Assembly: GCA_051294375.1 (NCBI GenBank)
Contig: CM119264.1
Coordinates: 5,606,218-5,670,217, forward strand
Source: Paraspadella gotoi
Taxonomy: Eukaryota; Animalia; Chaetognatha
Direction of reading: 5' to 3'
DNA: 64,000 nt
Under the pieces are notes generated by a model. It did no database searches, was not told the DNA's origin, and saw only the letters and a list, made by a program, of their open reading frames with translations. Both the position numbers and the translations under genes were made by a program. Positions within the stretch are counted from its first letter, which is position 1. Each line of letters starts with the position of its first letter. Positions 36,770 through 49,099 of this stretch are shown piece after piece.

Positions 36770-37330
36770 TCATTGCAGACTTCGTTTTCGAGATTTTGAT
36801 GAAAGATTAAAGGGAAGGGTCGCTTTGAAGGAAGTTGTCGATGTCAGAAGTTATTTACTAAATTAGTTATACTGAAAATAGAGCGATAGCTGTACACTGA
36901 ACACTGAACGGAGATTTGCGATATTGATGTATTTGCCTTGTTAAATTTAAAAGTCTATTCTAAGACATCTTATTTTTACCGAAGTAGGTTTATATATTGT
37001 ATTGTAAATCTAGACATTATATGTTAATAATGGCAATTTAAAACGTCGTCCTGGAACGAGAATAAAGACTTTTCTCCTTTCCCTCTCTCCTCTCCTCATT
37101 TTTTTTCTTTTCTCAATAGTCTCCATTCTGTGGCATCTCAAGTCTCTTCTGTCCAGAAAGATAATCTCTAACCTCGAATGACCTTTCGGTTTTTAACTCG
37201 TTCTAACCACAACCCACACGTCTCCCCCACACCCTCTCCCCCCACAACTCCATCTCCCCCCCACATGTCGAACCACGAGTGAACCTGAAGAGAATTCGGA
37301 AATGATCAGTCGTCTTTGGATTATCGCACC

Positions 37331-37410
37331 ACATTAATAATCCCTTTTTCACATTAATAATCCCTTTTTCACATTAATAATCCCTTTTTCACATTAATAA
37401 TCCCTTTTTC
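37331..37410. repeat. 20-bp minisatellite x4
   Basis: (acattaataatccctttttc)4. Confidence 0.95.
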
Positions 37411-37610
37411 TCTCCGACTTCTTTCACCCATCAACCCACAGGACGTCTCCCATATTTCCCCCCTTAACTCCATTTCTTTCCACTCCTGCACTCCTCTTCC
37501 CTGCAATACTTGGCTCCACTCCCTCCTTCACTCTTGCACAACCGGACGTTTCGTCTTTTCTTATTCCGTCTAAAAAAATGGTTCTTTTTTTTTTAACAAA
37601 AACTTTTTTT

Positions 37611-37665
<55 letters not shown>

Positions 37666-38469
37666 TTTCGATTTTCGGTTACGCCCTCTTTCCTTGTTCA
37701 CCAACCCTTTTTCGATCTGCCTTTGGTCTAGATCTTTTTTCTTCTCAGTCTAATTCAGTCTCATGCTTCATTCAGAATAAAAGTAACGTTACTTCTATAT
37801 TTTTTATAAAAATGTTTTTCTCTATTTGGGTAAATGTTAAATATTCACTTCAACTTCTTTCATTTTTAAATGTTTTTTTTTCAAAATTTTGTATTTACAC
37901 CTCTTTCTTTGTTTATTTTAATTAGGCCAACTACTTAACTTCATTCGCTCCCTCGTTAATTCGCTGTCAACATCACTCCGCTTCGCTCGACACCAGTCTC
38001 CCAACCATTCGCCACCACCTCCATTCCACTTTTGTCTCAGCTATTCCTTCGCGATATAACCACCCTAATGACCCCACGAGCCTGATGCCAGGCTTATCTA
38101 TTCTCTCGCGTAGGTGGCTTTCCTCCCCCCCCCATTACGCCCCCCTTTCCCTCCCCTCCCCCCCTTCGCCGGCCACCCAACCCATCGAGCAAAAAAAGGA
38201 AAGAGAGCAGAGTTTGTGGTTTTTGCTTCGATTCTGAACAATGGAAACGGGGTCAGGAAATCCGCCAGCCGACGGGGTCCATCTCCCTCGTCTCTTTATA
38301 CTTTTCCTTTCTTTTTTTTTTAAACGCCATGCTCTTATGTATTGCCTGTTTTGTTTCTGCTCTCTCTGCCTTTCCTTCCTTTTTTTTTTTTTTTTGACGG
38401 TTCCCATCGTATCTTTCAAATCGCCCTTTGATTGGTGCGATTTCGGTGGGATTTTTGCTGTTTCCTCAT

Positions 38470-38813
38470 TTTTTTAGTTTTAGCAACTCTATAAGTCATT
38501 TTTCGGTGGGTCTGTCTGTCTGTCGGTCGGTCGGTCTGTCCCACTTACGTGAAAATCCCTGTCCATTTGTTAAGTCAGGAAAAAACATCAACTTAAGTAA
38601 ATGCTAGCGCCGCCTTCAGGAAATTTTAAAACAATTAAAAAACAAAAGACGTTTTCCGATGCAGTGCTTGACATAAATACACAAGCTACGAAAGTTATTG
38701 TAGTCATGCAGTCATGTCATGTTACATAATGTCATGTCATGTCATGTTATGAGAAATATACGTGATAAGGCAGTCACTGCGGCGCAACACATTTGAATTA
38801 CCGTTCTTGTTTT
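38470..38813 (+). mobile_element. HINE/DINE-1-like repeat, second copy
   Basis: ttttag...actctataagtcatttttcggt + (GTCT/GGTC)n ... gtcactgcggcgcaacacatttgaattaccgttcttgtttt; shares ends with the reverse complement of 7335-7725. Confidence 0.5.
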
Positions 38814-39650
38814 AAGAATCAAATCTTTTTTTTAATGATTGCTTTTTTTTTGTAAGGATTTGACTTTTCTTTTTTATATCAAATAATTTTTAGATATATT
38901 AAATTCTTAGTTTTTTTATACATCTCCTTTTGTAAGATAATACAATTTTTTTTTTAATTTTGTTTCGTTTGTTTATTTTTTTTTCTATACAAACCGCTCT
39001 CATCCTATTTTTTTCCCCTTGGCGGTAACCATGGCAACGAAAGACGAACGATTTAAAGTTCAAACCGACGAAATCTCTTCGTCATCACCTTTTTTTATTT
39101 TCTCCTTTCCTTTTCTCGTCATTTCCATTTTTTTTATTTCTTCCTAAATTCCCAATTCTTTCATCCACCATCACTTTTTTTTTCTCTTTCCATCTCATTT
39201 CTCTATTCATTACATCATTTTCTTTCCATTTCTTTGTTTTCTTTTTTTTTTTTCTATCTTATTTTCTTTTCCCCAATTTTTTTTTCCTATTTTCTTCGTC
39301 CACGTTTTTCCCATTATTTCCTTCTTATTTCCTATTTCCGACTTAATCCTTCTTACTTCTTTCCTTTCCTCCCTCTTTTCTGCCCTTGGTTTCCCATTCC
39401 TTCCTTTTTTCTTTTCTGTTTTTTTTCATCTCCCTTTGTCCCCTATGTTTTTATTTCCCTTTTCTTCCTCTGTTTTTTTCTTTTCTTTTCTTTTTCTCTT
39501 TCCTTTTTCCTCCCTTTCCTTCTTCCTTCCTTTCCTTTTTCTTCCCCTCCATTCTCGTGGAGAGGCGAAGTCCTCGAGCTTCTCACTCCATCTTCGTTTC
39601 GCTTCGACCTTGAACAATTTTTCCTCGGCAAACGTGAGTGGAGGTAGAAA

Positions 39651-39761
<111 letters not shown>

Positions 39762-41178
39762 TACAAGACAGAGAGACAAACAGTCACTCAATGGAAGAAA
39801 TTGAGAGATGGAGAGACAGAAAGACAAGAGACAGAAAGACAATGAAAGACAGAGAGAAAGAGGGAGACAGAGCCTCTAATTAAACCTTTTTTAAAAAGCT
39901 TTTTTTTTTCGTTTGAATGCGAATTGATTGCAGCAGCGAAGAGAAAAGGGTTTTTTTCCCCCCGAAATAAAAAAAAAATTTAGAGGACGAAAAAGGGAAA
40001 GGAGTGAGAGGTGAGTTCATGGTGAGGAGTCGGGGTCGGGAATTCGGTATCGATTATCCGAAACACTCTATTCCAAAAGTAGCCTTTTTTTGCATTTTTT
40101 TCTGCCATTTCTAATTAATAATAATCTTTTTTTACTACACACTAACCACCAATTCTTATTTTTAAAACCACCACCTCTCCTTTCGCGGCCGCCACGAGAA
40201 TGCCACAAACCTTTGTTCAATTTTGGTGAAATCGATTGGGATTTTTTTTTCTCTCAATTCTTCTTTTTCTTTTTTACTTTTTCTTTTAGTATTAAGCGTT
40301 TTTTTTCCAATCTTGTTTGTTTTCTTTCAACGTTTTCCTCTTTCTTTATTTTCATGTAATGTTTATAAATTTTATTTTAACCCTTATTCGATTCGTCGTT
40401 TTTAATTTTCAAATCTTTATATGGTACACAGAGAAAGATTTCTAATTTAAATCGTTGTATGTAGAAAAAATATAACAGAAAGACTTTTTATTAAACATTT
40501 ACTGAAGTCGATTTTAAAGGATAAATAATCGAAATTCCGAAAGCACCGAACTTAAAAATTCTTATTTCCTTAATTCTTTTTTAATATTCAAATACACGTC
40601 GGGTTTTATACAGTCTGCAATTCTGCATAAATTCGGGGAATCTTCGTATAAAAATATTATTCAATTTGGAAAACCTTTTTTTTTCTCTCTCTCTCTTTTG
40701 AAACGATTTTTTTTATTGAGTCTCGTTTAAAGTCATTAGGAAATAATATTATGCGGAACCTTAAACGACGAAATAAAAAAAAATAGGATGCTTCATCGCC
40801 CCACATCACGGGATCTTGAATATCTCAGTCCTGAGGACTCGACGACCCTGAGACCTCTAGTTTTAAAAGGTTTCAAACACCCCGGTCCCCGGTTCTGCCC
40901 CCCCCCCCAACCAATCACACGGACCGTTCGACTCTTCACGGATTAAAATATCACCACCAACAGGAAAATTTTAAACTTGACTGGACAAGAAGGTCATCAA
41001 TATTTTTAAAGCCTCGAATTCTCTCGTATTTGGCGAAAGAAAAAATTTCAAATTCAGAGTTGTAAAAAAACTTGTCGACCTGAAATTAAATAAGTCGATT
41101 GAAAATAATAAAATCTTCGATAAGAAAAATTCATGCCAGAACGTTACAATTCTTATGGAGTTTTGTTTTCAGAGAGAG

Positions 41179-41236
<58 letters not shown>

Positions 41237-41536
41237 AGGAGAGAGAGATAGCAATGAATGTTTTGTTTCCTTTTTTTTATCTCCTAATCGAATTACAAAT
41301 GTTTCTTTTGTATCTTTTGTTTGGGAAGATTTATTTTTAGAAATTCCTTCCTCTCACGTTCGCGCGGAGGCGGTTTCAGTGTTTTGGAAATTTTTTATTT
41401 TTATCTCCTTGATGCTATTTTTTTTCCGCTTTTTTTTTTGGAGGGAGAGTTTTTTATTTTTTGGTAGCGTTTTATCACTTTTTTTATTCCCTTCTTGTTT
41501 CCTTTTCTCATTTTCGAGGCGCGCCCTCTATCTCTC

Positions 41537-41600
<64 letters not shown>

Positions 41601-42686
41601 TCCTCATCATTCTCCTCTCTCTCTCTCCCGCCGCCGCCACTCCCAAGAGAAATTCCCTTAAAAATTTCCGCGCGTTACCATGCCGACCGCGACCGGTTTT
41701 CCTCGCAATCAACCCGCTTTTTCCCCTGGATATTAAGAGCGTCTTTCAATTAGCGAAAAAGCTGTTTACGCGGGGAAAAGTTGGAAAATATGTAATTTTC
41801 GAATAGGATTAATTCTGTTTCCTTTTACAATTTACTCGACAACTTTTATCTTTACAAATGCGGAACAACATAAACCTGGATTCCTTAAAGTTAACTTCGT
41901 TTTGAAAATGCGTCGTGAACATTTTCTAGTTTTTTTATCGCTGGAAAAAGAATTAAAAATAAATTCTTTTCAATACAACGTGACCCATTATCTCGACGGA
42001 CCGGTTAACATCTCCCTTCGCCCTCGTCTCCTCGCAAAGAATCCACACCTAGACCCTTTTATCCACCCACGCCCCCACCACAATTCGTCGACCCGAACCC
42101 ACCCTCGCCCACCCTAGCCACCCCACGACCACCCTCGCCTCGTCGGAAGCGAGTCAATTTGTCTTCGGTCTTTGGAGAGTCACTCCGCGTCCTCGACGCT
42201 GTGTTTATGGAAAGGCGAGACGAAGGAGGTGGTTGGGGGGTGTGTTAAAGAGCGGCGGTGGTGGTTAAGGGGTGTTTTAGGTGGCATTTGTGCTGAATCG
42301 AGCATGGAATGCAAGTGGCGAGAGAGAGGACAGGGTAAGTGAAGCTTGACAAAGAGGTAAGGCAGCTCGGGCTAATTGGCCAGATGATGGATGATACTAG
42401 GGAGAAACGGTTGTAGTTACGATATGAATTTAAAGCGGAAACGAGATTTAATCCCAGTCGCCATTTTGTTTTAGATGTTAACTAAAAAAATTAATTTGAT
42501 GCGAGCAAAACTGAGGCTAAGCATCATTGTCTGCGCCCACGCCCAAATGTAACCTTTTTCTCCAAAAAAAAAAAAGAATAAATTAAAACGAAAACAGAAA
42601 AGAAAATTTTATTACTTAAAATGAAAAGAAAAGAAAATGGGAGGGAAAAAACGGGGGAACATTTTTTTTTTCACGAGTTATACGCA

Positions 42687-42728
<42 letters not shown>

Positions 42729-44408
42729 CTCTCTCCTCTCTCTTCTCTCTCCTCCTCTCTCTCTCTCTCTTCGAGCAAAAAAAAAAACCGGAAGCAATCA
42801 ACGCCTGATTGCGTCTTAGCAACGAAGCCTGATTAAGGATCTCTTCAAAAATCCTCCACCGCAACTTTTTTTCCCAGAGTAAACAAACCTGAAGCTTGAT
42901 GGAAATATTTTCGGTGACGAACATTGTCGTCGTTGTTGTTGTTGTTGTTGATGCTGTTGGGTGGCTGATTGGTGGCTGAGTCGTCGTTGGTTACTGCTCT
43001 CGTTATCATAGATGAAGACTTTTTTTGGTCATATTTTCGTTTCATTATTTATAATATTTGTTGGCGAAAGACGATTCTATTGAATCGTTCATTTTTTATA
43101 CGAAGGAGACAACGACAACGAAGACGACGACGACAACGACAACGGAGACAACGACGACGAAGACGACGACGACAAAGTAGGCCAAATAGGCCAAATAGGC
43201 CAGTTAAGCGGCCTCTTTGTCGCCGTCAATGGTTACGTTTCTCGAGGCAGAAGGAGAAATCACCGCGCGTCGACTTTTCATGTGATTTTCAATCCTCACA
43301 CTTTTCGCTGGCTTCGCCTTATCTTTGAGTCGGCTTCTTGTGACGCTTTCACTTTCCTTATTTTCTCTTCTCTTTTATTTTCTCTGAAATCCTCTCTGTT
43401 CTCTTTCTTTTTCTCTAATCTCTTCTCTTTTATTTTCTCTGAAATCCTCTCTGTTCTCTTTCTTTTTCTCTAATCTCTTCTTTTTTCACTTCTATAATCT
43501 CTTCTCTATCCTTCTTTCTTTTCTTTCTGTCCTTCTTCTATTTTCTTCTTTCTTCTCTTCTCTCTTCTCTTTTTCTTTTCTCATCTTTAATTCGATTTTC
43601 TTGATCACAAAATCCAATTTCCATTTCAGACTTTTATCATCGCCTTTTTTCTTCGAGATATTTTTTTGGTTGTTTTTGTTTCCGTAAACTTGTATTTAAT
43701 TCACCAGATGGGAGCTCTACCGAATTCACGAAACAGTTGATGTGTGAAATCTCTGTTCAAACTAACCTGGTTGTTCACCGCAACTTTTATCTTCACCAAC
43801 TTTCAACGTCTCCTTCCTCCTCTTTTCTCATTTTCTCTCTTCTCTCTCTTTTCCTATCCTTCTTTAAGTTTATCATACTCTATCACTTTCTCTACCGATC
43901 TCAGTTGATGTAGCTTTTAGGGGCACCATGTAGCCTTAAGTTCGTTTCCTTAATACAATTCAATACAATTCAATTCTCTCTCTCTCTCTCTCGTCTCTCT
44001 CTCTCTCTCTCTCTCCTCTCTCTCTGTCTCATCTTCAGTTTCCTTCCCTTATTTTATATCACTCTTTCGTTCCCTAATCTCTTTTCTTTTCTTTCTTTAT
44101 TTCCTTACCGCCTTCTTTCTCTGCTCTCTCCCCCTGTTCTCCCTCTCTCGTCTTCTCTCTCCCCGTCACATTATCGATGGCGGCTCCTTTCATCGCGTCG
44201 CGTACACTTTGGCTAAAATCCGCTTCTTCTCTCTCTCTCTCTTACTTCTCTTTCTCTCTCCTCTCTCTCCTCTCTCTCATACTCTCTCTCTCTCATGTCT
44301 CTCATCTCTCTCTCTTCTCTCTCTCTCGTTCTCTCTCTCTCTCTCTCTTCCTCTTTGTGCTATTGTTCGTCTCGATGTTTCCGGTTTCGAATTTTTCCTA
44401 GCCTGTGT

Positions 44409-45118
44409 TTTTTTTTTTTAGGGCGAAACTTGCTGTAGTTTTAGTATCTGATGCAGTAGCCAACGACCTGCACTAAAACAAGAACGCAGTAATGAATTAA
44501 TTTGACGGAGTAAGCAAGACTGCTTCTGGTTTAAGAGTCAGTGGCCGTAAGGCGAGAATTCTTGACGGCTGCGAAGTACCCAATTTGGCGGATTCTTGCA
44601 ACAGACTTTTAAAGCGAAGAGTGATAAACTGATCTTGTGAGCTGCGGCAATGCTTAAGATGCTGCAATGCTTGCCGCAATCTTTAGCCGTAATTTCTTGG
44701 TCGTATAGGCTTGAAAGCTCGATCCATTTTTCAAAGGACTCGCTAGGTTTTTGTTTCATTTTTGTTCTAAATAACATATACTACATTAGGCAAGCGGAGG
44801 CAGAGGAGTGGAGAAATAGAAGAGACCACGGAGAGTAGGGAAAATCCTATGCTATGAGAAAACTGGCAATTGTGGGTTCTATCAATAAATCCGAGGACAT
44901 GAAAGGAAAGGCGGCTGGTTTATAAGCGGCGGAAGGTAAGGTAGGGTTTTGGTAAGGAGAGTAAGGTAAGAGAAAAAGAGGAATAAAAAAAAACAAATCG
45001 GGGCAATTTCTCGTTTATTTGCGCCGGAATGATTGGCGGGAATCGTGGAGGCAAAAAGGGGGTAGAGGGGGCGTGAGGAGGGGCAACCACCCTCGAGTTT
45101 ACCTGAAGGAAACGAAAG

Positions 45119-45157
<39 letters not shown>

Positions 45158-46109
45158 AAAAACCCATTTATCTTCCCGTCTTCCTTTCTGTCTTCGCTTT
45201 TTATCCCATTTCCCTCCATTTTTTTTCTCTCTCTTTTTTTGGTTACATTCTCTACGGTTTATTCATTCATTCATCTCATTCATTCATTCATTTTATTTTT
45301 TGATTTATGTATTTATTTATTTATTTATTTATTTATTATTTCTTTATTATTTCTTTACTCTCTCTNNNNNNNNNNNNNNNNNNNNNNNNNTTTTTTTTTT
45401 TTTTAGGCGAAACTTGCTGTAGTTTGTAGTATCTGATGCAGTAGCAACACCTGCAACTAAAACAAGAAGCAGTATGAATTATTTGACGGAGTAGCAAAGA
45501 CTGCTTCTGTTTAAAGAGTCAGCTGGCCGTAAGGCGAGATTTTTGACGCTGCCGAGTCAACCAATTTTGGCGATTCTTGCAACAACTTTTTAAAGCGAAG
45601 AGTGATCAACTGATCTTGATGAGCTGCGGCAATGCTTAAATGCTTGCAATGCTTGCCGCAATCTTAGCCGTAATTCTTGGCGTAAGGCTTGAAAGCTCGA
45701 TCCCATTTTTCAAAGGAATCGCTAGGTTTTTGTTATCATTTTTGTTCTAAATAACATAACTACATTAGGCAAGCGGAGGAGGAGGAGGTGGAGAAATAGA
45801 AGAGACACGGAGAGTAGGGAAAAATCCACTATGCTATGAGAAAACTGGCATTGTGGGTTCTATCAATAAATTACCGAGGACATGAAAGGACAAAGGCGCT
45901 GGTTATAAGCGGCGGAAGGTAAGGTAGGGTTTTGGTAAGGACGAGTAAGGTAAGAGAGAAAGAGAGGAATAAAAAAAAACAAAATGGCGGCCAATTATTC
46001 TCGTTTATTTGCGCCGAATGATTGGCGGGAATCGTGGGAGGCAAAAGGGGGGTAGAGGGGGGCGTGAGGAGGGGCGAACCACCCGTCGATTACCTGAAGG
46101 AAACGAAAG

Positions 46110-46148
<39 letters not shown>

Positions 46149-46318
46149 AAAAACCCATTTATCTTCCGTCTTCCTTTTCTGTCTTCGCTTTTTATCCATT
46201 TCCTCCATTTTTTTCTCTCTCTTTTTTTGGTTACATTCTCTACGGTTATTCATTCATTCATTCATTCATTCATTCATTTTTATTTATTTATTTATGTATT
46301 TATTTATTTATTTATTTA
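44409..46318. repeat. ~0.93 kb direct duplication across a 25-N gap (44409-45340 vs 45391-46318)
   Basis: Both copies run from taggcgaaacttgctgtagttt through (GAC)n to (ATTT)n; the differences are mostly single-base indels. Confidence 0.9.
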
Positions 46319-46683
46319 NNNNNNNNNNNNNNNNNNNNNNNNNNNNNNNNNNNNNNNNNNNNNNNNNNNNNNNNNNNNNNNNNNNNNNNNNNNNNNNNNN
46401 NNNNNNNNNNNNNNNNNNNNNNNNNNNNNNNNNNNNNNNNNNNNNNNNNNNNNNNNNNNNNNNNNNNNNNNNNNNNNNNNNNNNNNNNNNNNNNNNNNNN
46501 NNNNNNNNNNNNNNNNNNNNNNNNNNNNNNNNNNATTTATTTATTTATTTATTTATTTATTTAATTTTTTTTTTATTCATTTATTTTATTTTTCCTGACA
46601 CCAAACCAAATTTGAGACAAATGGTTAAATCATTCGTCGCGTGACCCTCTGCCTGTATTTCTCTCTGTCTCTCTCTCTCTCTG

Positions 46684-46717
<34 letters not shown>

Positions 46718-47201
46718 TTTCTCTCCTTTTCCCCCTTCCGCTAATCTCTTTTTTCTTTTTTTAAAAATTGTTAATTTTAGAAAAACAAAATTGATTTTTG
46801 GTCGTGGTTAGTTCGAATCACCAGCTTATTTTATCACAACATGCCTTGAATCAAGGCATGTTAAGGCTTTATCAGTGATCACTGGTCACTTTATCATATC
46901 GTCGTCTCGTCAACCAAATCACTTAGGATTACAACACTTTATCACTTCCGCCTCGGGATAGAAATACCGCAAGAGAGAGTCTGACAAAGAAGCTTTTCAA
47001 CACCTGGTCGCCAGCAGACCCACCCACCACCTATTTCATCCACTAGCACCACGATTTTCCCACCTTCTCCTCACCCACACTCTCTCTCTCTCTGTCGCGC
47101 CAGACTCTCTCGAGCGCCATCTCCAGCTAATGAATGATCGCGAGTCGAGAGTCCGGATGCGGAGTCATTTCCTGTTTCATCATCACTGCGCTCGAGTGGG
47201 G

Positions 47202-47336
<135 letters not shown>

Positions 47337-48458
47337 GTTTCCGCCGGGTGTCACTGTGAAATATATTAAATTTCGCTATAAACGGAAATTTGCAATCGTT
47401 CGCCCCTCGGTCATAATCAACAACAACAACAACAACAACAACAACAGAAACAACATTCCGGGAATAACTCTCGCGCTGTTGTTATAAATTCGCCCGGGAG
47501 AATTCGACCGAATCCACGACAACAGCGACGACGACTACGACGACGACGACGACGACGACGATGCGTACGATTTTAACGACGCATAGAACGATGACTTAAA
47601 AAATATGAAAACAACGACGACGGCGACGACGATGACAAAAACGATGACGACGACGATGACAAAAATAATCGGCACTCACTGGGTTGAAACAATGATCGTT
47701 CTTATATAAACAAATTGGTCAAAAATAAACAAACAAACAAACAAACAAGGAGGGTCGTGGCACAAAAATAAAAAGTACTGTGGCTTCGCTATTAGTTGCA
47801 TAAACAAGAGAAATACAAAGCACCGCTAGAACAACAACAACAATAACAACAACAACAATAATCTACGACAACAAAGAATGCATTAACAACGACAACAACG
47901 ACGACGACGACGACATCGTCAGCCATTAGAAGTCAATAGAAAAGGCGTTTTTCTCCACCGCGATTTTTTTTCCCTTTGAAACCAAAAAGGAAAAAAAATC
48001 ATTCGTCATTTTTCCTGTCGAATCCATCACCTTTTCTCCAGCACATTCCCCTTCGCTCCATCATCGTGATCACCTTTTCACCAGCAACCCATTCAACATT
48101 CTGGTAAACACAACGACTTTGGAAAACATCAGGAATCAAATTCCACATTTTATAACTTACAGGCTCTCGAGAGAAAAAAGTTTTGCAAATTAAATTTGAG
48201 ATATTTATCATTTGTAATGTTGCGCGCTTTTTGAAAAGAAGTAAAGAGTCGGAGTCGCTCCCTCTCTTTATACTTGTTCTTGTCCATAACTCTTTTTATA
48301 TTTTTTTTCTTTTTTTGTGCGCGAAAAACAACTTTATTTACATTTTCTCTATTTTTGAGAATCCTGATGTCCACGCTATTCCTGTCCCCTTCCTCGTATA
48401 ACTTTCCCCTTCCCTTCTCCCCGTCCAAGCTTTCTATCCCCTTCCCTGTCCAACCTAC

Positions 48459-48700
48459 AAATCCCCTTCCCCAACCAAGATTCAAATCCCCTTCCCCAAC
48501 CAAGATTCAAATCCCCTTCCCCAACCAAGATTCAAATCCCCTTCCCCAACCATGATTCAAATCCCCTTCCCCAACCCTCTTCCCTTCTCCTTCCTCTTAT
48601 GACTTTCCCGTCTCCTTCCCGGCGTCCCCGGCGTCCCCGGCGTCCCCGGCGTCCCCGGCGTCCCCGGCGTCCCCGGCGTCACCGGCGTCCCCCGTCCCCG
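48459..48700. repeat. 25-bp minisatellite (~4.5x) and 9-bp GC-rich minisatellite (~8x)
   Basis: (aaatccccttccccaaccaagattc)n at 48459-48575; (cccggcgtc)n at 48618-48695. Confidence 0.9.
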
Positions 48701-48857
48701 TCGTCTGTTTACCAAACAACGACGTCGTCTCTTCTCCGTTATTCCGTTTACTCTGCGTCAAGTGGCGGCGGCGGAATTTAATGTCGCCCCTAGCGGCGAT
48801 CTCTTTAAAAGAGAGGGAGGGGGGCGGTAAAAGGGGAAAGGTTATAGAGGGAGGGAA

Positions 48858-48932
<75 letters not shown>

Positions 48933-49099
48933 AATGATGATGATGATGATGACGATGATGATGGAGAGGTGAGGGAGAAACTGGTAAGTAAAGGAAGGTG
49001 GGGAATAATGAGGTGGGAGGCGGGAACCGCGCAGAAGAAAAATGTGTTTCATCGCTTTTTCAAGTTATTGCCTTNNNNNNNNNNNNNNNNNNNNNNNNN

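Noticed and set aside
44497-44777. Minus-strand protein-like fragments in the duplicated block
   Set aside because: Short, frameshifted differently in the two copies, and with no identifiable domain.
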